In this document: positions 61,173-64,000 of the stretch, piece by piece
Layout: each line of letters begins with the position of its first letter
Position numbering within the stretch: position 1 is the stretch's first letter
Source of the DNA: Yuukianura sp. NJ FZ-2021
Lineage: Eukaryota
Reading direction: 5' to 3'
Length of the DNA stretch: 64,000 nucleotides
Assembly: GCA_046563655.1 (NCBI GenBank)
Contig: CM102288.1
Coordinates: 5,270,001 to 5,334,000, forward strand
Program-made: the position numbers and the translations under genes
Notes under the pieces: model-generated
What the model was told of the DNA's origin: nothing
Databases searched by the model: none
What the model saw: the letters and a program-made list of their open reading frames with translations, nothing else

Positions 61173-64000
61173 ATGGCTGGAACTTTTGGAAGTAACAACA
61201 ATCAAGCTGGAAAGCCTTTTAAAAGTCAAGGTGACCTGTGCTGCGGCCACCCGCCGTTGACATGCCACGCTATTGACTTCTGCAACGAAACGGCAATGCA
61301 TGGCCTCAAGTACATTGTCCAACCTAAACGTCATTTCACTGAAAAGTAAACTTTCATTGGTTCAAACAAATGTGTTCAAAAAATTGGCGCGAAAACAACT
61401 TGGTTAGAAGCAAATTGGTCCTAAGCGCTGAAAGTTTTAGGCCGGAATGGATTTAAATACATGTATCTCATAGTCAACTTTCTTTTTATAAGGAATGTTC
61501 TAATTCCAAGAAATTTAAGATGGTTCCAAAGGGATTGAGGCGAAAACATAAACCGAGACAGATAGTTTGATTTTGGCGGGAATTGTTTTAGGGTGTTTTG
61601 GTTGGCGTCTTTTTGCATTGGCCTTGGTTTGTCTGTGTGGTTGATCCAAGACGTTTTCCGGAAGTACAAGGAAAACCCAATCATCGTTTCCTTCTGGCCA
61701 GTCGAAACGCTCGTTTCAGAAGTTCCGTTTCCTGCCGTCACTGTTTGCAACATGAACAGAATTCTAAAAAGCAAAGCATTGAACTACATTAGGTAAACAA
61801 ATTTTTTATTATGCATCACTGTGCTACGTTTGAACTTGAACTAAAATTCCAGATCTGCACATGCGGTTGACCTTGACTCTGGTCAGTTGACCCCTGAGGC
61901 TATCAAGGCATTGTCCAATTTCTATAACCTCAACCATGTCTGCTCATCTCCGAAAAGTTTCACGCAAACTTTTAATTTGAGCGCCACGGAGGGAGTGGCA
62001 GACGAAAGGATTATCAACAAAGTCAAAAATTTGAAACTCACCTCCAACGACACTTCTCTACACCATTTTTTCAAAGAGGTAACAGTTTTCAAAATTTTGA
62101 AACTCCTTGAGTAGCATGATTTTTAACAAACGTATTTTTGGTTTTTAAGAGTTCGCAACCATGCAGTCAAATGATTCCCCTCTGCGTCTGGCGTGACAAT
62201 GTCCGCAATTGCAGCGAACTTTTTAGACACATCGAAACCGGTACAAACTATTGCTTACCCTTGAAAATTTTTGATTCGAAATTTTGAAAACTTTTGGTTT
62301 ACAGATTTTGGAAAATGCTGCACGTTCAACATGGCTCCCCAACTCCTCCTAACAACATTCAAGTATGAGGCATGCGATATGGAATTCAATTTTCAGATAT
62401 TCTCGAAAAAACAAAATTTTTCGATAACTTCTGCTTTTGATTTTGAAAATTGCAGTAATCCAGCCAACGCGAGTGTGAAATCCAGAGAAGCTGCTGCTGC
62501 GTGGAGCTCAGTCGGCTCTTCTTTGGACACGGAGGACCTTCTTCCGAAAACAACCGAAGCCAAAGAGCGACTTGCCGAATTTCCATTTCCGCGTCGCGCC
62601 AGAAGCGCTGGAAAAACTTACGGTCTCTCTTTCCTCTTACGGCCGGATTTACCCGAGTACTTTTGCAGTGGATCTGATTCAATAGGATTCAGAGTAAAAC
62701 TAACAAAATTTCAGCAAAAGCTGAATAGTTTATGAATTTTTACATTTTTAATATTTCATAATTTTTAATTTTGAAATTCTTAAGATCACTACCCATTTTA
62801 CGACAGCGATGCCTCACCTGATTGACTTTGGGACTGTGGTTGAACCGAGTTCAGAAGCTTTCATTCAGGTCACTCCAGACATCACCATTGGAGATGACAG
62901 CATCAAAGGACTTTCACTCGTAAGGGGGTCAAAGGTCATCAGAGGTCATTGATCTTTCGAGGGTCAATGACCTTCAGTTATGGAAAGATCAATGTTACAA
63001 GTAGGTCATTGACTTTTCTTAGGAAAGCAGAAGATGCTACCTGAAGGGAGAGTTTACTCTTAAATTTTATCGATTCTACACAAGGGAGAACTGTATTGAT
63101 GAGTGCGTGACAAACACCACTTTTGAGGTAAAAGCAATTTTTTTTTTTCGAAAATTCACTCAAGATTGAACAAAAATTGCAAAAAATTTTCCAATTTGCA
63201 TACGTTATACGCTTACGTCAGAATTGCCATTGTGTTCGCTACTACATGACAAGTGAGACAAACACTTTGTTCAAAAAAACTTTTGAAAAATTTTTTTTCA
63301 CAGAAAAATAAAAAAAATCGTAACAATTTTTTTTTGAAAATTGCAAAAACTGCCAGATGATGGAACTCAACAGTTGTGTGGACCAACAAAATTCAATTGT
63401 ACGGAAATTGTACGTCGTAAGTGAAAAGTCTTCAATTAACTTGATTTTTGACAATTTGAAAATTGGCGGGGTTTTTATTTCTAGATAAAATTTTGAATGC
63501 GAGAGACGGACAATTCTGCCACCAATGTAGACCAACTTGCACTGAAATCAGCTACAGCACCGCCACCACATTCACTCCCTTGCAAAGCGATCATGAACTT
63601 TGGAGCAGCACTACCAATACGTAAATACAAAAAATACAACAAACAATTAGCTCAGCACAAATTACTCTAAAAAGTAATTACTTTTGAACTTATTACTGTT
63701 GAACTGCTTAGAACGAATCACAACGCCTCCATTGTCCACCTTTTCTTCTCTGAGCAAAGTTTCTACCCCAAAATTCGGAAGGAATTGTTTGGCATCACTG
63801 ATCTGACTGGTGAATTTTTTTTTACAATATCACAGAAACTTAATTTTTAAAAACATATTTATAAATAGAATTCTGTTTAACATTAATTTCGTTATAATTT
63901 CAGCGAGTGTTGGTGGTTTGCTGGGCCTTTGCCTTGGTTTCAGTGCGTTGAGTGCTGTCGAACTTATTTATTTTCTCACAATCCGACCATGGGCCGCAAG
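61173..64000 (+). CDS. DEG/ENaC (pickpocket-like) channel, counterpart of 12823-15700; stop lies just outside the window
   Basis: Same 13-exon structure. Reads ...LIYFLTIRPWAA at the window edge. Confidence 0.9.

Larger units (their letters stand above)
53068..64000 (+). repeat. Diverged direct copy of 4516-15693 (segmental duplication or alternate haplotype)
   Basis: Same order: MICAL-like tail, CYP, CYP, ART, ENaC. Introns and intergenic DNA align, with substitutions and indels. Confidence 0.97.

Overview
AT-rich eukaryotic (arthropod, probably springtail-like; inferred from gene families and short GT-AG introns) genomic window. It contains the 3' end of a divergent, truncated MICAL-like gene, an orphan intronless ORF sitting behind a copy of the CYP upstream region, a composite tandem repeat, two tandem clan-3 cytochrome P450s (one with the I-helix Thr replaced by Pro), a secreted vertebrate-type R-S-EXE mono-ADP-ribosyltransferase, a 13-exon DEG/ENaC (pickpocket-like) channel, a frameshifted intronless ionotropic-receptor-like gene, a synaptotagmin-1-like gene, a Gln/Gly-rich secreted protein, a third P450 on the minus strand and several MITEs. 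Three small secreted cysteine-rich peptide genes are missed or only partly shown by the ORF track. The most striking is an intron-containing homologue of the plant beta-barrelin antifungal peptide MiAMP1 (19663-20039) with TATA box and kappaB-like sites; the others are a CSalpha-beta defensin-like two-domain protein and a 6-Cys CC-type peptide. After a 100-N gap (52968-53067), about 11 kb (4516-15693) is repeated as a diverged copy, either a true segmental duplication or an uncollapsed haplotype. No gene could be supported in about 39-53 kb. All family assignments come from motif recognition, not database searches.
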